From Promethearchaeati archaeon (GTDB lineage Archaea > Asgardarchaeota > Heimdallarchaeia > Heimdallarchaeales > Heimdallarchaeaceae), in the NCBI GenBank assembly GCA_013166775.1, contig JABLTJ010000006.1:59983-123982 (forward strand): a stretch of DNA of 64,000 bases, in the 5' to 3' direction. Positions within the stretch are counted from its first letter, which is position 1, and each line of letters starts with the position of its first letter. This document shows, piece by piece, positions 1 to 8,763 of the stretch. The position numbers were made by a program, and so were the translations under genes. Under the pieces are notes generated by a model. It searched no databases, was not told the origin of the DNA, and saw only the letters and a program-made list of their open reading frames with translations.

Positions 1-304
1 ATGAAAGAGGAAGTACATTAAGATCATGGAAATGTATTATATCGAATTTCTCATCCCCTACTAATTTCCTCACCTTTTTCCAGAATTCAAAGTATTTAAA
101 AAATAGTTTCTTCTTTATTGGAACTCTTTTAATTGTATATCCATCTCTTTTTTCTTCCTCAGCTAGACCACCAATCGGATTTGTTGCAATCACTGTAACT
201 TGATTTCCCTTACTCGCTAGAAACCTAGCTTCCTTTTCCACTCTAACATCAGGAGCAACTGTACTTAAAACAACCATCAAGATTTTCCAAGATTTACTAC
301 TCAT
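1..304 (-). CDS. Glycosyltransferase family 4 (GT-B), N-terminal part; runs off the window edge
   Basis: Not in the ORF track. Manual translation from the ATG at 304: MSSKSWKILMVVLSTVAPDVRVEKEARFLASKGNQVTVIA...FDIIHFHDLNVLPLS. It has the D-x-R-V-x-K-E-A and HxHD motifs typical of GT4 N-domains and is open to position 1. Confidence 0.8.
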   Translation of the reverse strand, partial: MSSKSWKILMVVLSTVAPDVRVEKEARFLASKGNQVTVIATNPIGGLAEEEKRDGYTIKRVPIKKKLFFKYFEFWKKVRKLVGDEKFDIIHFHDLNVLPLS

Positions 305-410
305 TGATTTGAATAAAGTTAGTTAGTATATCAAATTTTTGAATGTAAGGTTATAAGGGTGAAAAGCATAATTCTACATATTTAAATAAGAAATAAGTAA
401 GTCTCCAATA

Positions 411-1700
411 ATGAATAAGGATTTAGAATTTCCTGAAAATTTCCTCTGGGGAGCAGCTCAATCTGCATATCAAACAGAAGGTCATAATTATAATAATGAT
501 TGGTATAAATTTGAACAAATAAAAGGAAAAATCAAAAACAATGATACTTGTGGTGCAGCTTGTGATCATTATAATCGCTTTGATTCTGATTTTGAACTTT
601 TGAGCAATCTAAATCAGAATGCTCATAGGACAGGCATTGAATGGAGTAGAATTGTTCCTGAAGAAAATGAAGTGAATCATGATGAAATAGAACATTATCA
701 TAAAGTATTTGAATCACTAAAGAAACACAATTTAACAAGTTTTGTAACAGTTCATCATTTTACGATCCCCCTCTGGTTTGAGAAGAAAGGAGGGTTTCTC
801 AAAAGAAAGAATCTCAAGCACTTTGAGTACTATTGTGATATTTTAGCTAAGAATTTCCCAGAAGTAGAGTACTGGAACACAATAAATGAACCTGGAGTTT
901 TGCCATTAATGGGTTATATGTCAAAAGATTATCCTCCTGGAAGAAGCTCGTTTCTAGCATTTCTTAAGGTATACAATAATATTCTAAGAGCGCATGGAAT
1001 CGCTTATCATAAAATAAAGGAAAAAAATCCTAAGAGTCAAGTTGGTATTGTTAAAAATGTTCCCTATTTTTATCAGAAATTTTATGGCAAATTTTGGAAA
1101 AAGAGAGTGGTATCTTTTTTTGATAATGTCTACAATCAGATTTTTTTTGATTTACTAAATAATGGCAGAGTCTCATTAAATCCACTAATAAGAGAAAAAT
1201 GCTTGAAAGGAACATCTGATTTCTTTGGAATAAATTATTATGATGCTCTATACTTTAAATTTAAACTTGGTATTCCTTATGGAATGGATTTTATGCTTCC
1301 TGAAGATACTAGATTTACTCAAATGGGTTGGGGAATTTATCCAAGAGGATTATATGAAAATATTATGAGAGTTAAGAAAGAATTTAATGGACCAATATAT
1401 ATAACTGAAAATGGCATCGCAACTCTCGAAGATAAAGAGAGACAATCATTCATTTTGGAGCACCTTTTAGCAGTTCACAGAGCGATTAAGGAGGGTGCAG
1501 ATGTTCGAGGATTTTTCTACTGGTCTTCAATGGATAATTGGGAATGGGCAGAAGGATTCGAACCTCGTTTTGGATTAATAGGAATTGACTATGAGACACA
1601 AGAAAGACAAATCAGAGAGTCAGCTAAAATGTATGGAGAAATAGCTAAACAAAACAAAATCTCAGCAAACCTGTTAGAGAAGTTTAAATTAAATGCTTAA
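411..1700 (+). CDS. Glycoside hydrolase family 1 (beta-glucosidase/galactosidase)
   Basis: FPENFLWGAAQSAYQTEG N-terminal signature, TINEP acid/base, ITENG nucleophile, DNWEWAEG. Confidence 0.95.
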   Translation: MNKDLEFPENFLWGAAQSAYQTEGHNYNNDWYKFEQIKGKIKNNDTCGAACDHYNRFDSDFELLSNLNQNAHRTGIEWSRIVPEENEVNHDEIEHYHKVFESLKKHNLTSFVTVHHFTIPLWFEKKGGFLKRKNLKHFEYYCDILAKNFPEVEYWNTINEPGVLPLMGYMSKDYPPGRSSFLAFLKVYNNILRAHGIAYHKIKEKNPKSQVGIVKNVPYFYQKFYGKFWKKRVVSFFDNVYNQIFFDLLNNGRVSLNPLIREKCLKGTSDFFGINYYDALYFKFKLGIPYGMDFMLPEDTRFTQMGWGIYPRGLYENIMRVKKEFNGPIYITENGIATLEDKERQSFILEHLLAVHRAIKEGADVRGFFYWSSMDNWEWAEGFEPRFGLIGIDYETQERQIRESAKMYGEIAKQNKISANLLEKFKLNA

Positions 1701-1715
1701 GATATATATTATTAA

Positions 1716-2225
1716 ATGATAAATTCTATCAAGATTCTCTATGATCCTAAAGTTGATGAAAAAGAAGTTCAAGCTATTAGTACAGTTATCGAAGAGATTT
1801 ATCAGATAGAAGTTGCAAGTAGTACCATTTTCAAAATAAAAAAGGCAGCTTATAATAAAAAAAGAAAGCAATACAATGGTCAAAAGCTGTTAAATGAGTT
1901 AATAGATGAAGAAAATCTCGAGTTTTTTTTCTGGATTATAAAAGATGATATTTATGTACCTGTTATGAATTTTGTTTTTGGATTAGCAACACAGTTTTGT
2001 GGTGCAATAGTTTCATTCTACAGATTAGAATCTCTAGAGATGAAAATCAAAGAAAGTGTACATGAATGTGGACATATCCTTGGTTTAGGGCATTGTACCA
2101 ATCTCTGTGTGATGCAATATTCACATAATCTCCAAGAAGCAATTGAAAAACCTTCTAGTTTATGTTCAGAATGTGAAAATAAAATAAAGGAAAACAAGAG
2201 AAATTTTGAACCAAACAAAGATTAA
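1716..2225 (+). CDS. amzA: Archaemetzincin-family Zn metalloprotease (M54)
   Basis: NFVFGLA, HECGHILGLGHC zinc motif, CVM Met-turn and a C-terminal CxxC. Confidence 0.85.
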   Translation: MINSIKILYDPKVDEKEVQAISTVIEEIYQIEVASSTIFKIKKAAYNKKRKQYNGQKLLNELIDEENLEFFFWIIKDDIYVPVMNFVFGLATQFCGAIVSFYRLESLEMKIKESVHECGHILGLGHCTNLCVMQYSHNLQEAIEKPSSLCSECENKIKENKRNFEPNKD

Positions 2226-2250
2226 ATAAATACCTTGCCTTCAGTACTAA

Positions 2251-2526
2251 ATGAAGTCAGGTGTCAATTGGTTGCATCAACGATTTGTTAGCTCCATAGT
2301 AGAAAGTTGTACAAAAGACCAAAGCTATGTAATCATGTTAAAATGGGATGCAATAAATGAAGTTCATACGAAACTAAAACAGAAGTGTGAACTAGTACAA
2401 CAAATAGGTGGTATTATAGAGAAATACCAATATAAGGATTTAAAAATATCCTTCTATAAAACAGGAAAACTGTTGCTAACAAATGTGAATCATATAGATG
2501 TTTTGCTGAAAGAACTATTCAAGTGA
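2251..2526 (+). CDS. Small hypothetical protein, possibly TBP-like/MoeB C-terminal-like fold; overlaps the iscS start
   Basis: Single Cys (ESCT) and an ISFYKTGKLLL hairpin pattern. Its stop overlaps the iscS GTG (GTGA). True start may be downstream. Confidence 0.55.
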   Translation: MKSGVNWLHQRFVSSIVESCTKDQSYVIMLKWDAINEVHTKLKQKCELVQQIGGIIEKYQYKDLKISFYKTGKLLLTNVNHIDVLLKELFK

Positions 2527-3743
2527 TAACAATGTCTAACGTTGAAGATTTATTAAAACAACACGGAAAGGCAATCAAAGAAGTATATCTAGATTGGGAG
2601 AATGGTACAAGAATAGAAGAAGAAGTGCTTGAAGCAATGAAACCATTTTATTTAGAAAAACAATTTGGCAATCCTGCAATTACGCATAGAGTTGGTTGGG
2701 AGACGTATGATTTTTATGTAAAAGCAAAAACAACTCTAGCAAAACCTCTGAATGTTCAACCACAATCCATCGCGTTAACTCATAGCTTCACTGAATCCAA
2801 TAATCTAGCTATCAAAGGTTTAGCGAAGATGAATAAAAAAAGAAAGAAAATTATTGTCTCTGAAGTAGAACATCTTAGTGTTATTCATACTGCCAAATCT
2901 ATGTTCAGTGATGACTACAAAGTAGTGATTTTACCTGTTTCAAATGATGGAACTGTGAATGTCGACATGCTTCAAGAGGAACTAGATAGTGAAACTTTGC
3001 TAGTTAGTTTACAATCTATCAATCATGAAATTGGGACAATACAACCGGTAAGAGAAGCTTTGGAAATTGTAAAAGACTTCGATGAGAAAATATTCTTTCA
3101 TACTGATGCTACTTCGGCTTTTGGAAGAATTCCTCTAGATCTGAGTAATTTAGATGTTGATTTAGCTTCCTTCAGTAGTAATAGAATACTTGGTCCAAAA
3201 GGGATTGCTGGGTTGTATATCAAGGAAGGGATAAAACTAAAATCAATTTATGAAGGGCAACTCAGTGTTGAAACTCTCTCACCAGATGTGGAAAATCCTG
3301 CATTACTTGCTGGTTTTGCGAAAGCAGTGGAATTGCAATTTAAGCAGTTTGAAGAAATAAGAGAACATACAATTAAACTTAGGGATAAATTGATGTATGG
3401 GTTGCATACAAGTATTGAGCGAACTGATATTAATGGTCCTGCAGGAAATAGAAGAGCACCTGACAATGTTAACATAAGTTTCCTTGGATGCGAAGGTGAA
3501 GCGTTAACAGTCGATTCTTCAATGAACGGCATTTATGCTTCAAGTGGAAGTGCTTGCACTAGTAGAGTATTAATGCCAAGTCATATACTTACAGCAATTG
3601 GTCGGAAACCTGAGGAAGCTCATGGAAGTTTATTGATGAAAGTCAATAGATTAAACACTGAAGAAGAAATAGATTACGTATTAGAAAAAATGCCTAAAAT
3701 TATTGAGAGAATAAGATCAATAACGGGTGGAATACAAATTTAG
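2523..3743 (+). CDS. iscS: Class I cysteine desulfurase homolog (IscS/NifS) lacking the PLP-binding lysine
   Basis: FGNP, TESNN, EHLSV, NHEIGTIQP, HTDA, GPKG and SSGSACTS are present, but S-x-H-K reads SSNR. Likely start is the ATG at 2532. Adjacent to iscU. Confidence 0.9.
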   Translation: MITMSNVEDLLKQHGKAIKEVYLDWENGTRIEEEVLEAMKPFYLEKQFGNPAITHRVGWETYDFYVKAKTTLAKPLNVQPQSIALTHSFTESNNLAIKGLAKMNKKRKKIIVSEVEHLSVIHTAKSMFSDDYKVVILPVSNDGTVNVDMLQEELDSETLLVSLQSINHEIGTIQPVREALEIVKDFDEKIFFHTDATSAFGRIPLDLSNLDVDLASFSSNRILGPKGIAGLYIKEGIKLKSIYEGQLSVETLSPDVENPALLAGFAKAVELQFKQFEEIREHTIKLRDKLMYGLHTSIERTDINGPAGNRRAPDNVNISFLGCEGEALTVDSSMNGIYASSGSACTSRVLMPSHILTAIGRKPEEAHGSLLMKVNRLNTEEEIDYVLEKMPKIIERIRSITGGIQI

Positions 3744-3755
3744 AAGGAAAAGAAA

Positions 3756-4253
3756 ATGTCAAGTAGAATACCATTACCATATGCTCCAAGAGTCCTTGAG
3801 TTATTTCAAAATCCACAAAATTTAGGAAGAATGGAAAATGCTACTATTACTTCATCAGCTGGAAGTCCAGCTTGTGGTGATATGATCGCATTTTATCTTT
3901 TAATTGATGAAAAAAGTGAAGTAATAACTAAATCAAGCTTTGAAAGCTATGGTTGCGCAAGCAATATCGCAGCTGCAAGTCAACTAACAATTATGATAGA
4001 AAATAAAACTCTAGAGGAAGCTTGGGATTTCACATGGGCTGATGTATCTGAAGCTTTGGGAGGTTTACCAAGTGTTAAAACTCATTGTGGAAGCCTAGCT
4101 GTTGGTGCATTGAGAAGAGCAATCAGGGCTTATTATAAAGAGATAAAGAACAGCAAACCAGAATGGCTTCCTACAGATTTATCCAAAGATGAAAAACATG
4201 CATTGGAAGAAGAAGCGTTAGCTGACAAACTAAAGAAAAAGTACAAGCTTTAA
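3756..4253 (+). CDS. iscU: Fe-S cluster scaffold IscU/NifU N-terminal family
   Basis: GSPACGD, SYGC and LPSVKTHC supply the three conserved Cys. Has a C-terminal extension of about 35-40 aa. Confidence 0.93.
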   Translation: MSSRIPLPYAPRVLELFQNPQNLGRMENATITSSAGSPACGDMIAFYLLIDEKSEVITKSSFESYGCASNIAAASQLTIMIENKTLEEAWDFTWADVSEALGGLPSVKTHCGSLAVGALRRAIRAYYKEIKNSKPEWLPTDLSKDEKHALEEEALADKLKKKYKL

Positions 4254-4363
4254 TAGTTGCTTTGTATTACTCAATTTCATAGGTTTTCCTGTTATTTAGG
4301 CTTCTTAATATTCGTAATCTGCTGTGAAAAAACTTTTTATAATTTCAGAAATCATCATGGAAT

Positions 4364-4582
4364 ATGGCAGGATATAGAATTATTTCATTAATCCAGTCAG
4401 TTTTTATTCTCTTTACAGCAATATCAGTTCTGGATGCAGCAGATAATATTGGAATGAATCTAGCTTTCTTTGGAAGTTCTACTTCGTTCTGGTGGAGTGC
4501 CTTTGCATTCTGGGCGTATTGTTTTGCGATTGTTGCTATACTCCAAATTGTTAAAGCATTTACAGTACAAGAGAAAAACTGA
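4364..4582 (+). CDS. Small two-TM membrane protein (paralogue of 4726-4965)
   Basis: Two hydrophobic segments. Shares GYRI-x-S-x-IQ, VLD and AIxILQxVK motifs with its neighbour. Confidence 0.7.
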   Translation: MAGYRIISLIQSVFILFTAISVLDAADNIGMNLAFFGSSTSFWWSAFAFWAYCFAIVAILQIVKAFTVQEKN

Positions 4583-4725
4583 TTATAATTATATTGTGAG
4601 ATTTGAAAACATTACAGATCTCTCTTTTTTTTTATTCACTAAATTTTCACGTAATTTTATTTACAAATATTTTTAATGTTCAATCTCCAAATATAACCTA
4701 CTTAATATAAAATAATGGTGAAAAT

Positions 4726-4965
4726 ATGGGATATAGAATATGGTCATTTATCCAAACGATTCTAGGACTCTTCGGTTGTTGGGTATTACTTGATTATGCA
4801 TTAGTTGAAGCTGGAAGCACATGGAATCTATTTATTGCAGAAGCTTTTAGCAACATGGGAGCAACTAACGCTCTGCTAGGTCCACTTGCAATACTAGCTT
4901 ATGTACTTGCTGCAATAGTAATTCTTCAACTTGTAAAATCAATAGTAGTTGTTGTTAGAGATTAA
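4726..4965 (+). CDS. Small two-TM membrane protein (paralogue of 4364-4582)
   Basis: MGYRIWSFIQ...LLD...AIVILQLVKS. GGTG SD-like element and an AT-rich TATA-like box upstream. Confidence 0.7.
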   Translation: MGYRIWSFIQTILGLFGCWVLLDYALVEAGSTWNLFIAEAFSNMGATNALLGPLAILAYVLAAIVILQLVKSIVVVVRD

Positions 4966-5021
4966 AACTAATCTCTTAACCACTTTTTATTGGTAGTATG
5001 TCTTATTGGTCAAATTGAAAT

Positions 5022-5987
5022 TTACAATGATAATGAGAGTACTATTGAACCAACTACGATAAAAAATACTCCTATAAGCTGAGGTAAAGAAATCTTCTCT
5101 TTTAAGAAAAACCCACCTAATAACATCACTATAAAAGGTGAGATGGATGATAGAGGAGTACTAACACCAGCTCCAATATGTTTTACAGCAGTAAAGAAAG
5201 AGACACCTCCAGCTAGCCAAGCAATAGCTCCGCCCAAAGCTAGAATTCCAGTTTCCTTTTGCATCGGAAATAATTCTTTTATTACATTTCTTTTCTGAAT
5301 AATGGCTCTGAAAACAACTAAGAGTCCTGCTCCTGCGACCATTAAACCATTTCTAATTGCCATCATTGAAATAACTTCAACATTTGGATCTTCAAGTATC
5401 AATCTTGCAAAGAAAATTGTTCCTCCCCAGAAAATTGCTGCAAGGAAAGAGAGAACAATACCTAATGACATGTTCTTTTTCGAATCCTTCTTCGGATTTT
5501 CTTCTGCTCCTTCTAGTGGTGAATCATCTTTTTCATTTCTATTGGAATCTCTTTGAGAAAAATAAGAAATGCCAATGACTCCCCCTGCTATTACCAATGT
5601 TCCAACTATTATTTGCCATGTTATCACTTCTATTTTAGCAAAAAGGAGAGCTATAGTTGTAAAAAGTGGATAAATAGCCGTAACTGGTTGTGCTATAGAA
5701 ACATCTATTTTTGTTAAAGCAAACAAAGAGAAAAAATCACCAAGTGCAATACAAATTACTGCTAAAATTAACCATATATAGTTCGGATAGATGAAAAGTC
5801 TTGATAAAGAAGAAGTACCATACAAACCCCACCCTAAGAGTACAAGAAGTGGAATTGCAATAAGACCTTTTAGATATGTAGCAGATAAAGGATCGGTTTT
5901 TTTCACGCCTACCTTAAAAACAACCATAGAGGAACCCCAAGCAATAGCTGCTGTAAATGATAGAATTATCCCTATGGCTAATGACAT
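5022..5987 (-). CDS. EamA/DMT superfamily transporter
   Basis: About ten TM segments in two repeats (AAIAWG / AAIFWG) and a C-terminal FLKEKIS motif. Confidence 0.9.
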   Translation of the reverse strand: MSLAIGIILSFTAAIAWGSSMVVFKVGVKKTDPLSATYLKGLIAIPLLVLLGWGLYGTSSLSRLFIYPNYIWLILAVICIALGDFFSLFALTKIDVSIAQPVTAIYPLFTTIALLFAKIEVITWQIIVGTLVIAGGVIGISYFSQRDSNRNEKDDSPLEGAEENPKKDSKKNMSLGIVLSFLAAIFWGGTIFFARLILEDPNVEVISMMAIRNGLMVAGAGLLVVFRAIIQKRNVIKELFPMQKETGILALGGAIAWLAGGVSFFTAVKHIGAGVSTPLSSISPFIVMLLGGFFLKEKISLPQLIGVFFIVVGSIVLSLSL

Positions 5988-6123
5988 TGGTTTTAGATTT
6001 TAAGGTAAATAAAAAAAGTTGTCGTATGTATGATTCAGTTTTACAGCTATTTCAAATGAACAAAACTAACTTATTTTAATCAATATATTTTTAATAGTTC
6101 TTAGTTCTATTTTTCTGATATTA

Positions 6124-6462
6124 ATGAGCAGAAACATACCAATTAAAGTGGAAAGAAAAGAAGATGTGCCAGGTTTTTATGCAGAAAGTATTCAAATGGT
6201 TCATTCAATCGCAGGATTCAAAATGATAGTCTTCCGAGATAAAGCTGACTATGCAGTAGACCCAAGCATAGGTCCTGAGGCTTTAATACCTAGATCAATA
6301 ATTAAAGAAATTATCGCTGAAGTCAGTTTTTCTCCTCACCAATTGAAAATTCTCTCTAAAGTAGTAAATGACCAATTGAAAGCATATGAGTCTAGATTCG
6401 GAGAAATCGCTCTTCCTGATCAACCCAAAAAAGCTGATAATACCTCAGGTCACTACATCTAG
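6124..6462 (+). CDS. DUF3467-like protein
   Basis: FYAESIQMVHS...VSFSPHQLKIL...LKAYESRFGEI pattern. Confidence 0.7.
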   Translation: MSRNIPIKVERKEDVPGFYAESIQMVHSIAGFKMIVFRDKADYAVDPSIGPEALIPRSIIKEIIAEVSFSPHQLKILSKVVNDQLKAYESRFGEIALPDQPKKADNTSGHYI

Positions 6463-6846
6463 ATTTTCATCAGATTTCTCTATTGTATCTATTGTGTTCA
6501 ATAACTCTTCTAAGCTGAAAGGCTTTCTAAGAAAGTGAGGGATTCCTAAATCTCTTACTTGATCTTTTGTTATAGTATCATCAGCTGAAGCGATAATAAT
6601 TTGATTTTTCAACAAAGGAGAAATCTCTATCAATCGTAAAGCAACATCTAGACCTGATTTTTCTGGAATTCTGTTGTCAATTAGAAAAACGATATCATGT
6701 AACTCTTCCTTGATAGCTTCTATTTCCTCGAGTGCTACTTTACCACTTGAGACAATTCTTTCTATTTCTATACCCTCTCTTTCGAAAAGTAACTTGTACA
6801 AATGGCTGATATCTTTCTCGTCTTCTATTATGTATATTCTTTTCAT
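6445..6846 (-). CDS. Stand-alone response regulator receiver (CheY-like)
   Basis: IIEDE acidic pocket, phosphoacceptor in IDNRIPEKSG, ASA and KPFS motifs. Confidence 0.9.
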   Translation of the reverse strand: MKRIYIIEDEKDISHLYKLLFEREGIEIERIVSSGKVALEEIEAIKEELHDIVFLIDNRIPEKSGLDVALRLIEISPLLKNQIIIASADDTITKDQVRDLGIPHFLRKPFSLEELLNTIDTIEKSDENLDVVT

Positions 6847-6991
6847 ATATGACCAACAGACCGTTAAAGCTTTTAATAAGGTTAAATTATAAATATTTCG
6901 TCAGTGTTACTCGAATTTGGATAAATAAAACTAAACAGTTTTTCGAGAATTAGCATAAGATATATTAATTACGAAAATAATCTTTTGATAC

Positions 6992-7501
6992 ATGAGATTG
7001 CTAAAATCCACTGTAACTATGTTTATGATATGTGTAATTACTCTCTCAAATTTGTCAGCTGCAGCTAAAACCACTTATGGCATATGGGCAGAGGGAGGAC
7101 AATATAGTTATGAAACATTCAGGGTTAGTAAAAGTAATCTCTCCATAAAATTAAGAGTCCATGTTTCTGATGGTGGTCCTGTTTCTGTTTATATTATGGA
7201 TGAACGAGCGTTTAACATATGGGATATAGATACTGTTGGTGTGCCTGCAGTTGTTGACGCATATATAGGTGCAAAAAATATTACAGACACAATTAGTCTG
7301 GCTGGTTATCTGGGACCTAGGATAAACAACGCAACAGGAACAGAACTGGTATATTATTTAATTGTAGATAATAGAGAAAATGGTTTTGGATCTTTTGTCG
7401 ATATTGAGTTAATTCAGACTCTTCCCGCACCGTCTGTTTTCTTATCTTTCTTAGCATTAATACCTTTAGCTTTATTAATTAGTAGAAAAAGAAAGCCTTA
7501 G
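6992..7501 (+). CDS. Exported beta-sandwich protein with C-terminal TM/basic sorting tail
   Basis: N-terminal signal peptide, YYLIVDN strand, C-terminal PAP + hydrophobic helix + RKRKP. Confidence 0.75.
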   Translation: MRLLKSTVTMFMICVITLSNLSAAAKTTYGIWAEGGQYSYETFRVSKSNLSIKLRVHVSDGGPVSVYIMDERAFNIWDIDTVGVPAVVDAYIGAKNITDTISLAGYLGPRINNATGTELVYYLIVDNRENGFGSFVDIELIQTLPAPSVFLSFLALIPLALLISRKRKP

Positions 7502-7645
7502 ACTATGCATTGCCGAGGATTAACAGGATAGAAAATTGTGCTGATATTCTTAGATGAAACAGCTACTTTAATTGGTCTATCAATTCAAAACTAGCAAAAG
7601 TTAAAAATCAGCGTTCCAAATTTAATATAAATTTGATGTGATAAT

Positions 7646-7948
7646 ATGGTTAATGTTCCTGATGAAGAAGCTGTTAATTATAGATATGATGTTCAAAGTA
7701 TGATTAAAAATCCCGAGCTCACAAGAGATGATAAGAACAGAATCAGAGATCATATTGAGAAGGATTGTGTTGGAGACTGTCTACTTGTTATTGGAATGCA
7801 AGGAATGATTAAAGTTCATTTCCATACAGACGAACCAGAAGATCTAAGAAAAGTATTGGATCAATATGGTGAGTTTGAAAATTTTGAAATAGAGGATATG
7901 AAAGAACAGTATGAAGCTTTCAAAGCAAAAAAACAGCAAGAAGAGTAA
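7646..7948 (+). CDS. Stand-alone domain resembling the middle domain of FakA/DAK2-fusion (YloV-like) proteins
   Basis: GDCLLVIG...IKVHFHTDEP...YGE...IEDMKEQ, matching the GDS-x-V-V...KVHxHT-x-x-P...K-I-E-N/D-M-x-x-Q pattern. Confidence 0.7.
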   Translation: MVNVPDEEAVNYRYDVQSMIKNPELTRDDKNRIRDHIEKDCVGDCLLVIGMQGMIKVHFHTDEPEDLRKVLDQYGEFENFEIEDMKEQYEAFKAKKQQEE

Positions 7949-7956
7949 AAATCAGC

Positions 7957-8337
7957 ATGCCAAAACTACATTTAACAAGTTCTCTATGCAAAGATTGTGG
8001 TATTTGTTGTTATACCTGCGAACATCATAATTCAAAAACAGGATGTACAAATGATGAATATCGATTAAATTCTCGATGTACATCTTTTCCTCTCTTATAT
8101 GGTGATTCTGAAAAAATGGGTCACATGAATTTTTGGAATGATTTTCACTGCTCATCCAATTCTGAAAGAAATTCAAAATGGTTTATTTTCAACCATGAAC
8201 ATTGCTTAATTCAACAACATGATATCCTATTCAACAATCTAAGATGGTTAATTGAAGAAATAAACAAAGGGAATGAAATTAACTTCTATGTGGTCAAATA
8301 TCACGATATAGAGCTAACCATAACTAAAGAAGAGTAA
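7957..8337 (+). CDS. Cys-rich putative Zn/Fe-chelating protein (CxxCxxCC / YkgJ-like)
   Basis: CKDCGICC, further Cys residues and an RCTSFP motif. Confidence 0.6.
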   Translation: MPKLHLTSSLCKDCGICCYTCEHHNSKTGCTNDEYRLNSRCTSFPLLYGDSEKMGHMNFWNDFHCSSNSERNSKWFIFNHEHCLIQQHDILFNNLRWLIEEINKGNEINFYVVKYHDIELTITKEE

Positions 8338-8350
8338 ACTAATTTATTGT

Positions 8351-8650
8351 TTATTCTTCTTCTTTTCGTTTCTTATAATCTTGAACATCAGCTCTTAGGC
8401 CCTTAAATAAAGGCATTATTACTATAATGACCAAAAAAAATGTAAATACAATACTGAAGATTACCCAAGGAGTTTCCAAAATTCCTTTCCCCGTCCAAAT
8501 ATCTCTTAATCCTAATCCTGCAGATACTCCCCAAATGATAATAACTGTAGCTCCTATCAACATTTTACCTATTTTTGCTAATTTTTCTCTGTTTTCAGTT
8601 GATTCTTCATCTTCCTCTAAATTTACAGTATCTTCTTGATTCTCTGACAT
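8351..8650 (-). CDS. Small two-TM membrane protein
   Basis: Acidic N-terminus, two hydrophobic helices, charged tail. Confidence 0.65.
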   Translation of the reverse strand: MSENQEDTVNLEEDEESTENREKLAKIGKMLIGATVIIIWGVSAGLGLRDIWTGKGILETPWVIFSIVFTFFLVIIVIMPLFKGLRADVQDYKKRKEEE

Positions 8651-8763
8651 ATATCTGGATGAAAATTCAATAATTCTTAACTTTTTGGATTCATATTATT
8701 CAACAATCATGTCCAAGCTTAATCTTTAAAAGTCAAGAAAAAAGAAAATCAAAAGGTGATATT

